A stretch of 60,892 bases of DNA from the NCBI RefSeq assembly GCF_004010195.1, contig NW_025215107.1, positions 3,016-63,907 on the forward strand, written 5' to 3'. This DNA is from Chiloscyllium plagiosum (Eukaryota). Below are positions 38,401-50,800 of this stretch, one piece after another. The notes beneath the pieces are model-generated. The model did no database searches, was not told the DNA's origin, and was given only the letters and a program-made list of their open reading frames with translations. Every line of letters starts with the position of its first letter. The first letter of the stretch is position 1. The translations under genes were made by a program, and so were the position numbers.

Positions 38401-41400
38401 CGGTGATGGAGTGAGTGCGAGGGGGTCAGGGTGACCTTGACGGAGTTAATGTGAGGGGGTCAGGGTGACGGTGAGGGAGTGAGTGTGAGAGGATCAGTGT
38501 GACAGTGATGTAGTGAGTGTGAGTGGGTCAGTGTGACGGTGACGGAGTAAGTGTGACGGGGTCAGGGTGGCCGTGATGGTCTGAGTACATCAGGGTGACA
38601 GTTATGGAGTGCGTGTGAGGGGTTCAGGGTGACAGTGATGACGTGTGTGTGAGGCGGTCCGGGTGACTGTGATGCAGAGAATGTGAAACGATCATTGTGA
38701 TGATGATGGAGTGAGTGTGAGTGGGTCAGTGTGACGGTAATGGAGTGAGTATGAGGGGTTAGTGGATGGTGATGGAGTGAGTGTGAATGTGTCATGTTGA
38801 CAGTGATGGAGTGAATGTGAGGGGACAGGGTGACGGAGTGAATGTGAGGTGATGGAGTGAGTGTGCGAGGGTCAGTGTTGCAGTAATGGTGTGAGTGTGA
38901 GGGGGTCAGTGTGACAGTGATAGAGTGAGTGTGAGAGGGTCAGTATGAGTGTGAGGAGGTCAGGGTGACATTGATGGAGAGAGTGTGAGTGGGTCAGGGT
39001 GACGGTGATGGGGTGAGTGTGAGGGAGTCAGTGTGACGGTGATGGAGTGAGTGTGAGTGGGTCAGGGTGACGGTGATGCAGTGCGTGTGAGGGGCTCAGG
39101 GTGACTGTGACGCCGAGAGTGTGAGACGATCCGTGTGCTGGTGATGGAGTAAGTGTGAGTGGGTCAGTGTGACGGTAATGGAGTGAGTGTGAGGGGCTAG
39201 TGGATGGTGATGGAGTGAGTGTGAATGTGTCATGTTGACAGTGATGGAGTGAATGTGAGGGGACAGGGTGAATGAGTGAATGTGAGGTTGTCATGGTGAC
39301 GGTGACTGAGTGAGTGTGAGTGGGTCAGGGTGACCGTCAAAGACTGAGTGTGAGGGTGTCAGTGTGACGGGGATGGAGTGAGTGTGAGGGGGTCAGGTTG
39401 ACGGGGATGGCGTGAGTATGAGGCGTCAGTGTGACGGTGATGGATTGAGTGTGAGGGTGTGAGGGTTACGGTGATGAAATGAGTGTGAGGGGGTTAGTGT
39501 GATGGTGATAGAGTGAATGTGAGGGGTTCAGGGTGATTGTGATGGAGTGAGTATGATGTGGTCAGGTTGACAGTGATGGTGTGAGTGTGTGGGGTTCTGC
39601 CTGACTGTGGTGAAGTGTGTGTGACGGGGTCAGTGTGATGCTTATTGAGTGAGTGTGAGGGAATCAGCTGACAGTAACACAGTAAGCCTGTGGGGGTCAG
39701 GGTGATAGTGACACAATCAGTCTTCGGGGGTCAGCGTGACAGTGACACAGTACGCGTGTGTATATCAGGGTGACAGTGACACAGTAAGTGTCAGGGGGTC
39801 AGGGTGACAGTGACACAGTAAGCGTGTGGTCATAAGGGTGATAGTGACGCAGTCAGTGTGAGGGGGTCAGAGAGATAGTGACGTGGTAATTGGGAGTGGA
39901 CAGGGCGATTGTGATGCAGTCAGTGTGAGGGGGTCAGGGTGATCGTGACACAGTCAGTGTGAGGGGGTCAGGGTGATAGTGATGCAGTAAATGTGAGGGG
40001 GTCAGGATGATAGTAACGCAGTAAGTGTAAGGTGCCGGGGTGATAGTGACACAGTAAGTGTGTGGGCGTCAGCGTGATAGTGACACAGTCAATGTGAAGG
40101 AGTCAGGGTGATAGTGACGCACTCAGTGTGAGGGAGCAGGGTGATAGTGATGCAGACAGCGTGAGGGGGTCAGGGTGATCGTGAAACAGTAAGTGTGAGG
40201 TGTCAGGGGTATAGTGACACAGTATGTATGTGCAGGTCAGGGTTATAGTGACGCAGTCAGTGTGAAGCCGTCAGGGTTACAACAACACAGTAAGTATGAG
40301 GGTGGGCAGGGTGATAGTGACGCAGTCAGTGTGAGGGTGTCAGGATGATAGTTACGCAGTGAGTGGGAGGTTTCAGGGTGATAGTGACACAGTAAGCGTG
40401 TGGGGGTCAGGGTGATAGTGACACAGTAAGCGTGTGGGATCAGGGTGATAGTGACACAGTAATTGTGAGCGGGTCAGGGTGACAGTGACACAGTAAGTGT
40501 GAGGGGATCAGGCTGATAGTGACGCAGTTAGTGTGAGTGGGTAAGGTTGAACATGATGCAGTAAGTGTGAGGGGTCAGTCTGATAGTGACGCAGTAAGCG
40601 TGAGTTGTCTGTGATGCAGTAAGAGTGAGGGAGTCAGGGTGACAGTGACACAGTAAGTCTGAGAGAGAGAGAGGCTGACAGTGACGCAGTACGTGTGAGG
40701 GGGTCAGACTGATAGTGACACAGTCAGTGTGGGGGTGTTAGGGTGATATTGTCGCAGTACGTGTGAGGGTGTCAGGATGATAGTGACGCAGTAACTCTGA
40801 GGGGGTCAGGGTGATAGTGACACAGTAAGTGTGAGGGTGTCAGTGTGATAGTGACGCTGTAACTGTGAGGGGGTCAGGGTTATAGTGACAGAGTAAGTGT
40901 GAGGCGATCAGGGTGACAGTGACGCAGTGACAGTAAGGGGTCAGGGTGATAGTGACGCAGTAAGTGTGAGGGTGTCAGGGTGATAGTGAAGCAGTAACTG
41001 TGAGGGGGTCAGGGTGATAGTGCTACAGTAAGTGTGAGGAGGTCAGGGTGACAGTGACGCAGTAAGTGTGAGGGTGAAAAGGTGACAGTGATGCAGTAAG
41101 TGTGAGGGGGGTCAGGGCGAGAGTGATACAGTAAGTGTGAGGTGGACAGAGAGATAGTGACGTGGTAATTGTGAGGTGTCAGGTGAAGTGTGAGGGGGTC
41201 AGGGTGACTGTGACGCAGTAAGTGTGATGGGGTCAGGGTGATAGTGACGCAGTCAGTGAGAGGGGGTCAGGGTGACAGTGACGCAGTAAGTGTAATGGGG
41301 TCAGGGTAACAGTGGTGCAGTACGTGTGATTGAGCCAGGGTGATAGTGATGCAGTAGGTGGAGGGGGAGATAGTGGTAGTGATGCAGTAAGTGTGAGGGG

Positions 41401-44400
41401 CTCAGTCTGATAGTTGCGCAGTAGGTGTGAGTGTGTCCAGCTTTTAGTAAAGCAGTGTGTGGGGGTCAGAGTGATAGTGACGCAGTAAGTGTGAAGGGGT
41501 CAGGGTGACAGTGATGCGGGGTCAGAGCGATAATGACGCAATCAGTATGAGGAGTTCGGGGTGATAGTGATGCAGTCAGTGTGAAGGGGCAGGGCGATCG
41601 GGAAACAGTAGGTGTGAGGTGTCAGGGTGTCAGTGACGCAGTCAGTGTGAGGGAGTCAGGGTGATAGTGACGCACTAAGAGTGAAGGGGTAAGTCTAATA
41701 GTGACGCAGTAAGTGTGAGGGAGTCAGAGTGGTAGTGACGCAGTAAGTATGAGGGTGTTAAGGTGACAGTGCTGCAGTAAGTGTGAGGGGGTCAGGGCGA
41801 GAGTGACGCAGTATGTGTGAGGTGATCAGAGAGATAGTGACGTGATAATTGTGAGGGGTCAGGGTAATAGTGACGCAGTACGTGTGAGGGGTCAGACTGA
41901 CAGTGATGCAGGAAGTGTGAGGGGGAGAGGCTGGTAGTGACACAGTGACGGTGATGGTGTTAGGTTGATCATGACGCAGTAAGTGTGAGGGGGTCAGGGT
42001 GATAGTGATGCAGTAAGTGTGAGAGGTTCAGGGTGACACTGACGCAGTAAGTGTGAGGGGGTCAGGCTGATAGTGACGTAGTAAGTGTGAGGGCGTCAGG
42101 CTGATAGTGACACAATAAGTGCCGGGGTGTTAGGATGATAGTGACGCAGTCAGCGTGGGGTGTTAGGGCGATTGTGACACAGTAAGTGTGAGAGAGTCAG
42201 GGTGATAATAATGCAGTCAGTGTGAGAGAGTCAGGGTGATAGTGACGCACTAAGAGTGAAGGGGTAAGTCTAATAGTGACGCAGTAAGTGTGAGGGAGTC
42301 AGAGTGGTAGTGACGCAGTAAGTATGAGGTTGTTAAGGTGACAGTGTGAGAGGTTCAGGGTGACACTGACGCTGTAAGTGTGAGGGGGTCAGGCTGATAG
42401 TGACGTAGTAAGTGTGAGGGCGTCAGGCTGATAGTGACACAATAAGTGCCGGGGTGTTAGGATGATAGTGACGCAGTCAGCGTGGGGTGTTAGGGCGATT
42501 GTGACACAGTAAGTGTGAGAGAGTCAGGGTGATAATAATGCAGTCAGTGTGAGAGAGTCAGGGTGACAGTGACGCAGTAAGTGTGAGGGGGAAAGGCTGG
42601 TAGTGACAGAATAACTGTGTTGCTGTGATGGTTTTAGGTTGATCGTGATGCAGTAAGTGTGAGGGGTCAGGGTGATAGTGACGCAGTCAGTTTGTGGGTG
42701 TAAGGGTGATAGTGTAGTAGTCAGTGTAAGGGGGTCAGAGGAACAGTGATGCAGTAAGTCCGAGGGGGTCAGGGTGACAGTGAAGCAATAACTGTGAGGG
42801 GTCAGACTGACAGTGACACAGTATGTCTGAGGGGTCAGTCTATAGTGAAGCAGAATGTGTGAGGGGGTCAGGGTGACAATGACGCAGTAAGTGTGAGGGG
42901 TCAGTCTATAGTGGCGCAATAAGTGTGAGGGGGTCAGGATGACACTGACGCATGAAGTATGAGGGAGTCAGTCTGTCAGTGAAACAGTAAGTGTGAGGGG
43001 GTCAGGGTGGTAGTGACAGGCTAAATGTGAGGGATCAGGGTGACAGTGATGCAGTAAGTGTGGGGGGGTCAGGGTGATAGTGAAGCAGTAACTGTGAGGG
43101 GTCAGACTGACAGTGACACAGTATGTCTGAGGGGTCAGTCTATAGTGAAGCAGAATGTGTGAGGGGGTCAGGGTGACAATGACGCAGTAAGTGTGAGGGG
43201 TCAGTCTATAGTGGCGCAATAAGTGTGAGGGGGTCAGGATGACANNNNNNNNNNNNNNNNNNNNNNNNNNNNNNNNNNNNNNNNNNNNNNNNNNNNNNNN
43301 NNNNNNNNNNNNNNNNNNNNNNNNNNNNNNNNNNNNNNNNNNNNNNNNNNNNNNNNNNNNNNNNNNNNNNNNNNNNNNNNNNNNNNNNNNNNNNNNNNNN
43401 NNNNNNNNNNNNNNNNNNNNNNNNNNNNNNNNNNNNNNNNNNNNNNNNNNAGTGTGAGGGGGTCAGGCTGATAGTGACGTAGTAAGTGTGAGGGGGTCAG
43501 GCTGATAGTGACACAATAAGTGTCGGGGTGTTAGGATGATAGTGACGCCGTCAGCGTGGGGGCGTTAGGGCGATTGTGACACAGTAAGTGTGAGAGAGTC
43601 GGGGTGATAATAATGCAGTCAGTGTGAGAGAGTCAGGGTGACAGTGACGCAGGAAGTGTGATGGGGAAAGGCTGGTAGTGACAGAATAACTGTGTTACTG
43701 TGATGGTGTTAGGTTGATCGTGATGCAGTAAGTGTGAGGGGTCAGGGTGATAGTGACGCAGTCAGTTTGTGGATGTAAGGGTGATAGTGTAGTAGTCAGT
43801 GTAAGGGGGTCAGAGGATCAGTGATGCAGTAAGTTCGAGGGGGTCAGGGTGACAGTGAAGCAGTAACTGTGAGGGGTCAGACTGACAGTGACACAGTATG
43901 TCTGAGGGGTCAGTATATAGTGAAGCAGAATGTGTGAGGGGGTCAGGGTGACAATGACGCAGTAAGTGTGAGGGGTCAGTCTATAGTGGCGCAATAAGTG
44001 TGAGGGGGTCAGGATGACACTGACGCATGAAGTATGAGGGAGTCAGTCTGTCAGTGAAACAGTAAGTGTGAGGGGGTCAGGGTGGTAGTGACAGGCTAAA
44101 TGTGAGGGATCAGGGTGACAGTGATGCAGTAAGTGTGGGGGGGTCAGGGTGATAGTGAAGCAGTAACTGTGAGGGGTCAGACTGACAGTGACGCAGTATG
44201 TCTGAGGGGTCAGTCTATAGTGCGCAGTAAGTATGAGGGAGTCAGGCTGTCAGTGAAGCAGTAAGTGTGAGGGGGCCAGGGTGATAGTAACAGACTAAAT
44301 GTTAGAGGTCAGGGCGTCAGTGATGAAGTAAGTGTGAGAGGGAGAGGCTGGCAGTGACACAGTAAGTGAGTTGGGTTTCAGCATGACACTGATGCAGTCA

Positions 44401-45785
44401 TTGTGAGGGGAGAAGCTGGTAGTGACGCAGTACGTGTGAGGGTGTCAGGGTGAGAGTGAACCAGTAAGTGCGAGGGGATCAGGGTGACAGTGATGCAGTG
44501 AGTGTGAGGGGTCAGGCTGATAGTGATGCAGTAAGTGTGAGGGGGTCAGGCTGATAGTAACGCAGTAAGTGTGAGGTGTCAGGTCAAAGTGACACAGTAA
44601 GTATGAGGGGGCTCAGGGTGACTGTGACGCAGTAAGTGTGATGGGGTCAGGGTGATAGTGACGCAGTCAGTGTGAGGGGGTCGGGGTGACAGTGACGCAG
44701 TAATTGTGATGGGGTCAGGGTAACAGTGGTGCAGTACGTGTGATTGAGCCAGTAGGTGTGAGGGGGAGATGCTGGTAGTGATGCAGTAAGTGTGTGGGAC
44801 TCAGTCTGATACTGACGCAGTAGGTGTGAGTGTGTCCAGCTCGTAGTGAAGCTGGAAGTGTGAGGGGGTCAGGGTGATAGTGATGCAGTAAGTGTGAGGG
44901 GGNNNNNNNNNNNNNNNNNNNNNNNNNNNNNNNNNNNNNNNTAAGTGTGAGGGGGTCAGGGTGACAGTGACGCAGTAAGTGTGAGCGGGCAGGATGATAT
45001 TGATACAGTAAGTGTGAGGGGGTCAGGGTGATAGTGATACAGTAAGTGTGAGGAGGTCAGGGTGATAGTGACGTAGTCAGTGTGAGGGGGTCAGGCTGAT
45101 AGCGACACAGTAAGTTTAGGGATTTTAGGGTGAAAGTGACGCAGTCAGTGTGGGTGTGTAAGGATGACAGTGACATAGTAAATGTGAGGGGGCAGGATGA
45201 TATTAATTCAATAATTGTAGGTGGTCAGTTTGATAGTGACGCAATAAGTGTGAGGGGGTCAGTGTGACAGTGACGCAGTAAGTGTGAGGTAATCAGAGAG
45301 ATAGTGACGTGGTAATTGTGAGCGGTCAGGGTGACAGTGATGCAGTAAATGTGAGGGGGTGAGTGTGACAGTGACGCAGTAATTGTGAGGGGGTCAGGGT
45401 GACAGTGACGCAGTAACTGTGAGCGGGCAGGATGATATTGATGCAGAAAGTGTGAGGGGGTCAGGGGGATAGTGACGTAGTCAGTGTGAGGGGGTCAGGC
45501 TGATAGTGATGCAGTAAGTTTATGGGTTTTAGGGTGAAAGTGAGGCAGTCAGTGTGGGTGTGTTAGGGTGACAGTGACATAGTAAATGTGAGGGGGCAGG
45601 ATGATATTGATTCAATAAGTGTGAGGTGGTCAGTTTGATCGTGACACAATAAGTGTGAGGGGGTCAGGGTGACAGTGATGCAATAAGTGTGAGGGGATCC
45701 GTCTGATAGTGACACAGTAATAGTGATGGGTCAGGGTGATAGTGACACAGTCTGTGTGAGGAGGGTCCTGTTGATCGTGATGCAG
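35400..45785. repeat. 34-bp G-rich minisatellite with two subtypes
   Basis: Type A GTGACGGTGATGGAGTGAGTGTGAGGGGGTCAGG (35400 to ~39660) and type B GTGATAGTGACGCAGTAAGTGTGAGGGGGTCAGG (~39660-45785). Period 34 (e.g. 35661 and 35695). Contains three gaps. Confidence 0.97.
35902..36012. repeat. Unrelated ~40-bp tandem unit GTGAGTGGGAATACAGCTGTTATAATGGGGTC..., about 2.8 copies, running into a gap
   Basis: Copies start at 35902, 35942 and 35981. Confidence 0.85.
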
Positions 45786-46502
45786 GAACTCTGAGGTTTC
45801 TCTCTGACTGAATCTGTCTCCCTCCTGTCCCTCCCTCCATCTCTCTCTGACACACTCTGTCTCCCTGGTCCTACGCCCTCCCTCTGACCCAGAGACAGGG
45901 TGGTTTGGGGGTGAGGCTGCATGTGTGGGGATTGGGGTGAGATGTGGGAGAAAGGGAAAATTGTGGGAGGGAGACAGCGACAGCAGGACTGAGAGTGAGC
46001 GGGAGTGGGAGGGGGAGAAGAAAGCGTGGAGGCAGGTGGAGAAACTAAGTTTGGGGGTTAGAGAGGGGGTACGAGAGAGAGTGAAAGGGAGAGGTGGTGA
46101 GAAAGAGTGAGTGTGCAGAGGGAGAGGGGGAGAGAAATGAGGAGAAATAGTAGGGGAGAGGAAATGGGGAGGTCAGATTGGAGTGGGGGAGATAAAGGGA
46201 GTTAATCCCAGCTCCTGAGCTCAGGACGCGATGCCCTGCCCTTCCCTGAGGACCAGGACTTGGGGCTGAGTCTGTCTCTCTCCAGCTCAGCTTCTCCAAC
46301 ACAAACACCACAACAAAATTGTTCACTCTGCTGCTCGGCATGCTTTAATCAACATTTTCATTGTTTACAAATGGAAGTGATGGATACAGTCAGTGGGATG
46401 GTGCCTTTTCTCACTGGCCCCTGAGTTGTGAGAAACATTGAAATGTTTCCCTGTAACCCCCCTGTGGGATAAGGATGGACAGACCAGCGCTACCCTCAGT
46501 CT

Positions 46503-46516
46503 GTTACCATAGCGAC
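46503..46516. promoter_or_regulatory. RFX X-box-like motif
   Basis: GTTACCATAGCGAC compared with consensus GTTGCCATGGCAAC. Motif match only. Confidence 0.3.
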
Positions 46517-47817
46517 AGGTTGCTCCATCGCTGAAACACTGAACTGAAATGAGAAAATCCCGGATGGATTGATTAACGAGGGAATTTGATTGATGGATGG
46601 ATTTGGGTGAAGGGATATTTCAGCACANNNNNNNNNNNNNNNNNNNNNNNNNNNNNNNNNNNNNNNNNNNNNNNNNNNNNNNNNNNNNNNNNNNNNNNNN
46701 NNNNNNNNNNNNNNNNNNNNNNNNNNNNNNNNNNNNNNNNNNNNNNNNNNNNNNNNNNNNNNNNNNNNNNNNNNNNNNNNNNNNNNNNNNNNNNNNNNNN
46801 NNNNNNNNNNNNNNNNNNNNNNNNNNNNNNNNNNNNNNNNNNNNNNNNNNNNNNNNNNNNNNNNNNNNNNNNNNNNNNNNNNNNNNNNNNNNNNNNNNNN
46901 NNNNNNNNNNNNNNNNNNNNNNNNNNNNNNNNNNNNNNNNNNNNNNNNNNNNNNNNNNNNNNNNNNNNNNNNNNNNNNNNNNNNNNNNNNNNNNNNNNNN
47001 NNNNNNNNNNNNNNNNNNNNNNNNNNNNNNNNNNNNNNNNNNNNNNNNNNNNNNNNNNNNNNNNNNNNNNNNNNNNNNNNNNNNNNNNNNNNNNNNNNNN
47101 NNNNNNNNNNNNNNNNNNNNNNNNNNNNNNNNNNNNNNNNNNNNNNNNNNNNNNNNNNNNNNNNNNNNNNNNNNNNNNNNNNNNNNNNNNNNNNNNNNNN
47201 NNNNNNNNNNNNNNNNNNNNNNNNNNNNNNNNNNNNNNNNNNNNNNNNNNNNNNNNNNNNNNNNNNNNNNNNNNNNNNNNNNNNNNNNNNNNNNNNNNNN
47301 NNNNNNNNNNNNNNNNNNNNNNNNNNNNNNNNNNNNNNNNNNNNNNNNNNNNNNNNNNNNNNNNNNNNNNNNNNNNNNNNNNNNNNNNNNNNNNNNNNNN
47401 NNNCTGAATTACTGACAAAAATGTGACATAAACCACTGGAAACCCTCCCTCCCCAAACACACAGAGACACATCCATAAGGACAGATGGTTTCTAGAACAT
47501 TCTCACACACTCGATCACTCGAGAGCAGACACAGGTCACTCCTTCCCAGTCCCTAATACGGAGGGTGGGAACGTTGCTGTCCTGAAGGATTCTCTCCCAG
47601 TTTCCTGAAGACAAACGGAATTTGGGAATTTGTTTGTTTCGGTCTAAATTGTGGTCGATCCTGTGTCGGGAAGAAATGTAAACGCAGGGAAAACGTATTC
47701 ACCCCTTTAAATGCCTGAGGGGTCTTCGGAACAGTGTCTCCTTCTCCCTGCAACGGGATCTCTTCCCTCGGGATCTTATCGTTTATTCAACTCACTGACG
47801 TGGGGCCGTTCACAAAC

Positions 47818-50800
47818 AATGTCAGGGACAGAACGTTCTGGGGAATGGCAGTTATAGAATGTCTGGAACAGAACGTACCGGGAAATGTCAGATATAGAAT
47901 GTCATGGGCAGAACGTTCCAGGGAATGGTGGTTATAGAATGTCAGGGGCAGAACGTTCCGGGGAATGGTGGTTATAGAATGTCAGGGACAGAACGTTCCG
48001 GAGAATGTTGGTTATAGAATGTCCAGGACAGAACGTTCCGGGGAATGTCAGTTATAGAATGTCAGGGGCAGAAAGTTCCGGGGAATATCAATTATAGGAT
48101 TTTGGGGGCAGAACGTTCCAGGGAACGTCAGTTATAGAAAGTCAGGGACAGAACTTTCCGGGGAATGTCAGTTACACAACGTTCCAAGAAATGTCTCTCA
48201 TAGAATGTCGGGGACAGAATGTTCCAGGGAATGTCAGTTATAGAATGTCAGGGACAGAACGTTCCAGGAATGTCAGTTATAGAATGTCAGGAAGAGAACT
48301 TTCCGCGGAATGTCAGTTATAGAATGTCAGGGACAGAACGTTCCGGGGAATGTCAGTTATAGAATTTTGGGGATAGAATGTTCCGGGGAATATCAGTTAT
48401 AGAATGTCGGGGGCAGAACTTTTCGGGGAATGTCAGTTATAGAATGTCGGGGACAGAACGTTCCGGGGAATGGTGGTTATAGAATGTCAGGGATAGAACG
48501 TTCCGGGGAATGTCAGTTTTAGAATGTCAGGGGCAGAACGTTCCGGGGAATGTCAGATATAGAATGTCATGGGCAGAACGTTCCAGGGAATGGTAGTTAT
48601 AGAATGTCAGGGGCAGAACGTTCCGGGGAATGTCAGTTTTAGAATGTCAGGGGCAGAACGTTCCGGGAAATGTCAGATATAGAATGTCATGGACAGAACG
48701 TTCCAGGGAACGGTAGTTATAGAATGTCAGGGGCAGAAAGTTCCGGGGAATGTCAATTATAGGATTTTGGGGATAGAATGTTCCAGGGAATTTCAGTTAT
48801 AGAATATCAGGGGCAGAACGTTTCGGGGAAGGTCAGTTATAGAATGTCGGGGACAGAACGTTCCGGGGAATGGTGGTTATAGAATGTCATGGACAGGACG
48901 TTCCGGGGAATGGTGGTGAAAGAATGTCTGGGACAGAACGTTCCGGGGAATGTCAGTTATAGAATGTCGGGGACAGAACGTTCCGTGGAATGGTGGTTAT
49001 AGAATGTCCGCGGCAGAACGTTCCAGGGAACGTCAGTTATAGAATGTCGGGGACAGAACTTTCCGGGGAATGTCAGTTACACAACGTTCCAAAAAATGTC
49101 TGTTATAGAATGTTGGGGACAGAACGTTCCAGGGAATGTCAGTTATAGAATGTCAGGGACAGAACGTTCCGGGGAATGTCAGTTATAGAATGTCAGGAAG
49201 AGAACTTTCCGCGGAATTTCAGTTATAGAATGTCGGTGACAGAACGTTCCGGGGAATGTCAGTTATAGAATGTTGGGGATAGAACGTTCTGTGGAATGTC
49301 AGTTATAGAATGTCAGGGACAGAACGTTCCGGGGAATGTCAGTTATAGGATTTTGGGGGCAGAACATTCCAGGGAACGTCAGTTATAGAATGTCAGGGAC
49401 AGAACTTTCCGGGGAATGTCAGTTATGGAATGTCAGGGACAGAACGTTCCGGGGAATGTCAGTGATAGAATGTCAGGGGCAGAAAGTTCCGAGGAATGTC
49501 AGTTATAGGATTTTGGGGGCAGAACGTTCTGGGGAACGTCAGTTATAGAATGTCGGTTACAGAACTTTCCGGGGAGTGTGTGTTATGGAAAGTCAGGGAC
49601 AGAACGTTCCAGGGAATGTCAGTTATAGAATGTCAGGGGCAGAACGTTCCGGGGAATGTCAGTTATAGAATGTCGGAGACAGAATGTTCCAGGGAATGTC
49701 AGTTATAGAATGTCAGGGACATAACGTTCCAGGGAATGTCAGTTATGGAATATCAGGAAGAGAACTTTCCACGGAATGTCAGTTATAGAATGTCAGGGAC
49801 AGAACGTTCCGGGGAATGTCAGTTATAGGATTTTGGGGGCAGAAAGTTCCAGGGAACGTCAGTTATAGAATGTCGGGGACAGAACTTTCTGGGGAATGTC
49901 AGTTATGGAATGTCAGGGACAGAACGTTCCGGGGAAAGTCAGTTATAGAATGTCAGGGGCAGAAAGTTCCGCGGAATGTCAGTTATAGGATTTTGGGGGC
50001 AGAACATTCTGGGGAACGTCAGTTATCGAATGTCGGTTACAGAACGTTCCAAGAAATGTCTGTTATAGAATGTCGGGGACAGAATGTTATGGGGAATGTC
50101 AGTGATAGAATGTCAGGGACAGACCGTTCCGGGTAATGTCAGTTATAGAATGTCAGGAAGAGAACGTTCCGCGGAATGTCAGTTATAAAATGTCGGGGAC
50201 AGAACGTTTCGGGGAATGGCAGTTATAGAATGTTGGGGATAGAATGTTCCGGGGAATATCAGTTATAGAATGTCGGGGACAGAACGTTCCGGGGAATGTC
50301 GATTAAAGAATGTTGGTGATAGAACGTTCCGGGGAATGGCAATTATAGAATGTCAGGGACAGAACTTTCCGGGGAAGGTCAGTTATCGAACTCCTTGACC
50401 TGTCCATCACCTTTCCCNNNNNNNNNNNNNNNNNNNNNNNNNNNNNNNNNNNNNNNNNNNNNNNNNNNNNNNNNNNNNNNNNNNNNNNNNNNNNNNNNNN
50501 NNNNNNNNNNNNNNNNNNNNNNNNNNNNNNNNNNNNNNNNNNNNNNNNNNNNNNNNNNNNNNNNNNNNNNNNNNNNNNNNNNNNNNNNNNNNNNNNNNNN
50601 NNNNNNNNNNNNNNNNNNNNNNNNNNNNNNNNNNNNNNNNNNNNNNNNNNNNNNNNNNNNNNNNNNNNNNNNNNNNNNNNNNNNNNNNNNNNNNNNNNNN
50701 NNNNNNNNNNNNNNNNNNNNNNNNNNNNNNNNNNNNNNNNNNNNNNNNNNNNNNNNNNNNNNNNNNNNNNNNNNNNNNNNNNNNNNNNNNNNNNNNNNNN

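Noticed and set aside
38562..43219. His/Thr/Pro/Leu-rich minus-strand ORFs
   Set aside because: Translations of the 34-bp minisatellite.
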